A DNA stretch of 33,266 nt from positions 1 to 33,266 of the forward strand of contig JALSOD010000209.1 of assembly GCA_026986655.1 (NCBI GenBank). Direction: 5' to 3'. Every line of letters begins with the position of its first letter. The first letter of the stretch is position 1. Source of the stretch: a candidate division WOR-3 bacterium. GTDB lineage: Bacteria; Hydrothermota; Hydrothermia; B15-G9; WFZT01. The notes below the pieces were generated by a model. That model saw nothing but the letters and a program-made list of their open reading frames with translations. It made no database searches and was not told where the DNA came from. Shown in pieces: positions 32,828-33,266 of this stretch. The position numbers and the translations under genes are program-made.

Positions 32828-32859
32828 TCATACACAAATTTTTAAAAAGGAGGATAGAA

Positions 32860-33072
32860 ATGGGACTCAAAGTAACAATTGATCCAGATCTTTGTGTAGG
32901 AGATTCCATCTGTGTGGACCTTGTACCAGACGTATTTGAAATGGGTGATGACGGACTTGCATATGTGAAAGAGGGAATGCAGTGTACAGGAGACAGAGAG
33001 GACGTACAGGATGCAGCTGATCAATGTCCAAGTGGAGCAATCATTATCGAAGAGTCAGACGAGTGTCAATAG
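32860..33072 (+). CDS. Small single-cluster ferredoxin with motif CxxDxxC...CP
   Basis: MGLKVTIDPDLCVGDSICVDLVPDVFEMGDDGLAYVKEGMQCTGDREDVQDAADQCPSGAIIIEESDECQ. It closely resembles the Thermotoga and Pyrococcus type of monocluster ferredoxin (...C.G...C..L.PDVFE..D.G.A... CP.GAI). It has a strong SD plus its own promoter and terminator. Confidence 0.85.
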   Translation: MGLKVTIDPDLCVGDSICVDLVPDVFEMGDDGLAYVKEGMQCTGDREDVQDAADQCPSGAIIIEESDECQ

Positions 33073-33099
33073 TATTGGAAAGAAATTAATTTAATGAAT

Positions 33100-33146
33100 G
33101 GAGGGGGTGCGAAGGCTAAGCCTTCGCACCCCCTCCATAATTTTTT
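33100..33146 (+). terminator. Rho-independent terminator of the ferredoxin gene
   Basis: GGAGGGGGTGCGAAGGC-TAA-GCCTTCGCACCCCCTCC is a perfect 17-bp stem (33100..33136). It is followed by ATAATTTTTT. Confidence 0.9.
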
Positions 33147-33266
33147 ATGCCCAAAATCCTCATCATAGGTACCATTCATCTTGATAACCCTGGAAGAGAC
33201 ATTTTTAACATTAAAGTAAAAAATATCCAATCTCCCAGATTCCAGCAGGAAATTTTAAAATTAGTT
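33147..33266 (+). CDS. Partial ORF (first 40 codons) running off the right edge; possibly a TraB/GumN/Tiki-like (DUF5694-type) protein
   Basis: The ATG at 33147 gives MPKILIIGTIHLDNPGRDIFNIKVKNIQSPRFQQEILKLV, open to the window end. The IIGTxH...NPxxD pattern resembles that superfamily's N-terminus from memory only. No SD is visible, and the ATG directly abuts the terminator T-tract. Confidence 0.35.
   Translation, partial: MPKILIIGTIHLDNPGRDIFNIKVKNIQSPRFQQEILKLV

Overview
Positions 1..32420 form one uninterrupted minus-strand block of core transcription and translation genes. In transcription order it holds tRNA-Trp, rpmG-secE-nusG-rplK-rplA-rplJ-rplL, rpoB-rpoC and rpsL-rpsG-fusA-tuf. The complete S10 cluster (rpsJ to rpsQ), spc cluster (rplN to secY, then adk, map, infA, rpmJ) and alpha cluster (rpsM-rpsK-rpsD-rpoA-rplQ) follow. 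The block ends with two tRNA-Ser genes, a UPF0104/flippase-like membrane protein and a divergent ychF that runs off the left edge. Genes are tightly packed, with many ATGA and TAATG stop/start overlaps. Several features absent from the ORF track were found by reading the sequence: rpmJ, rpmG, the edge-truncated ychF, three tRNAs, four consensus-like promoters (plus a weaker rpsL candidate), two strong intrinsic terminators and several hairpins. The right end carries a 439-nt AT-rich spacer with divergent promoters. It also carries a + strand 70-aa single-cluster ferredoxin with its own terminator, and the first 40 codons of another + strand ORF. I found no mobile element, CRISPR array, defence or toxin gene, or any other accessory module. 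I do not think this window supports a claim of a novel biological system; it is an ordinary, highly conserved core region. The findings below are modest local oddities: a gene overlap, regulatory palindromes, a tRNA-mRNA junction, divergent motifs and an Asp-type ferredoxin. Proteins are rich in K, E, I and V, and S4, S14, L24, L33, L36 and Adk are all in their Cys4 zinc forms. This hints at a thermophilic and/or anaerobic bacterium, but I cannot assign a taxon from the sequence alone.
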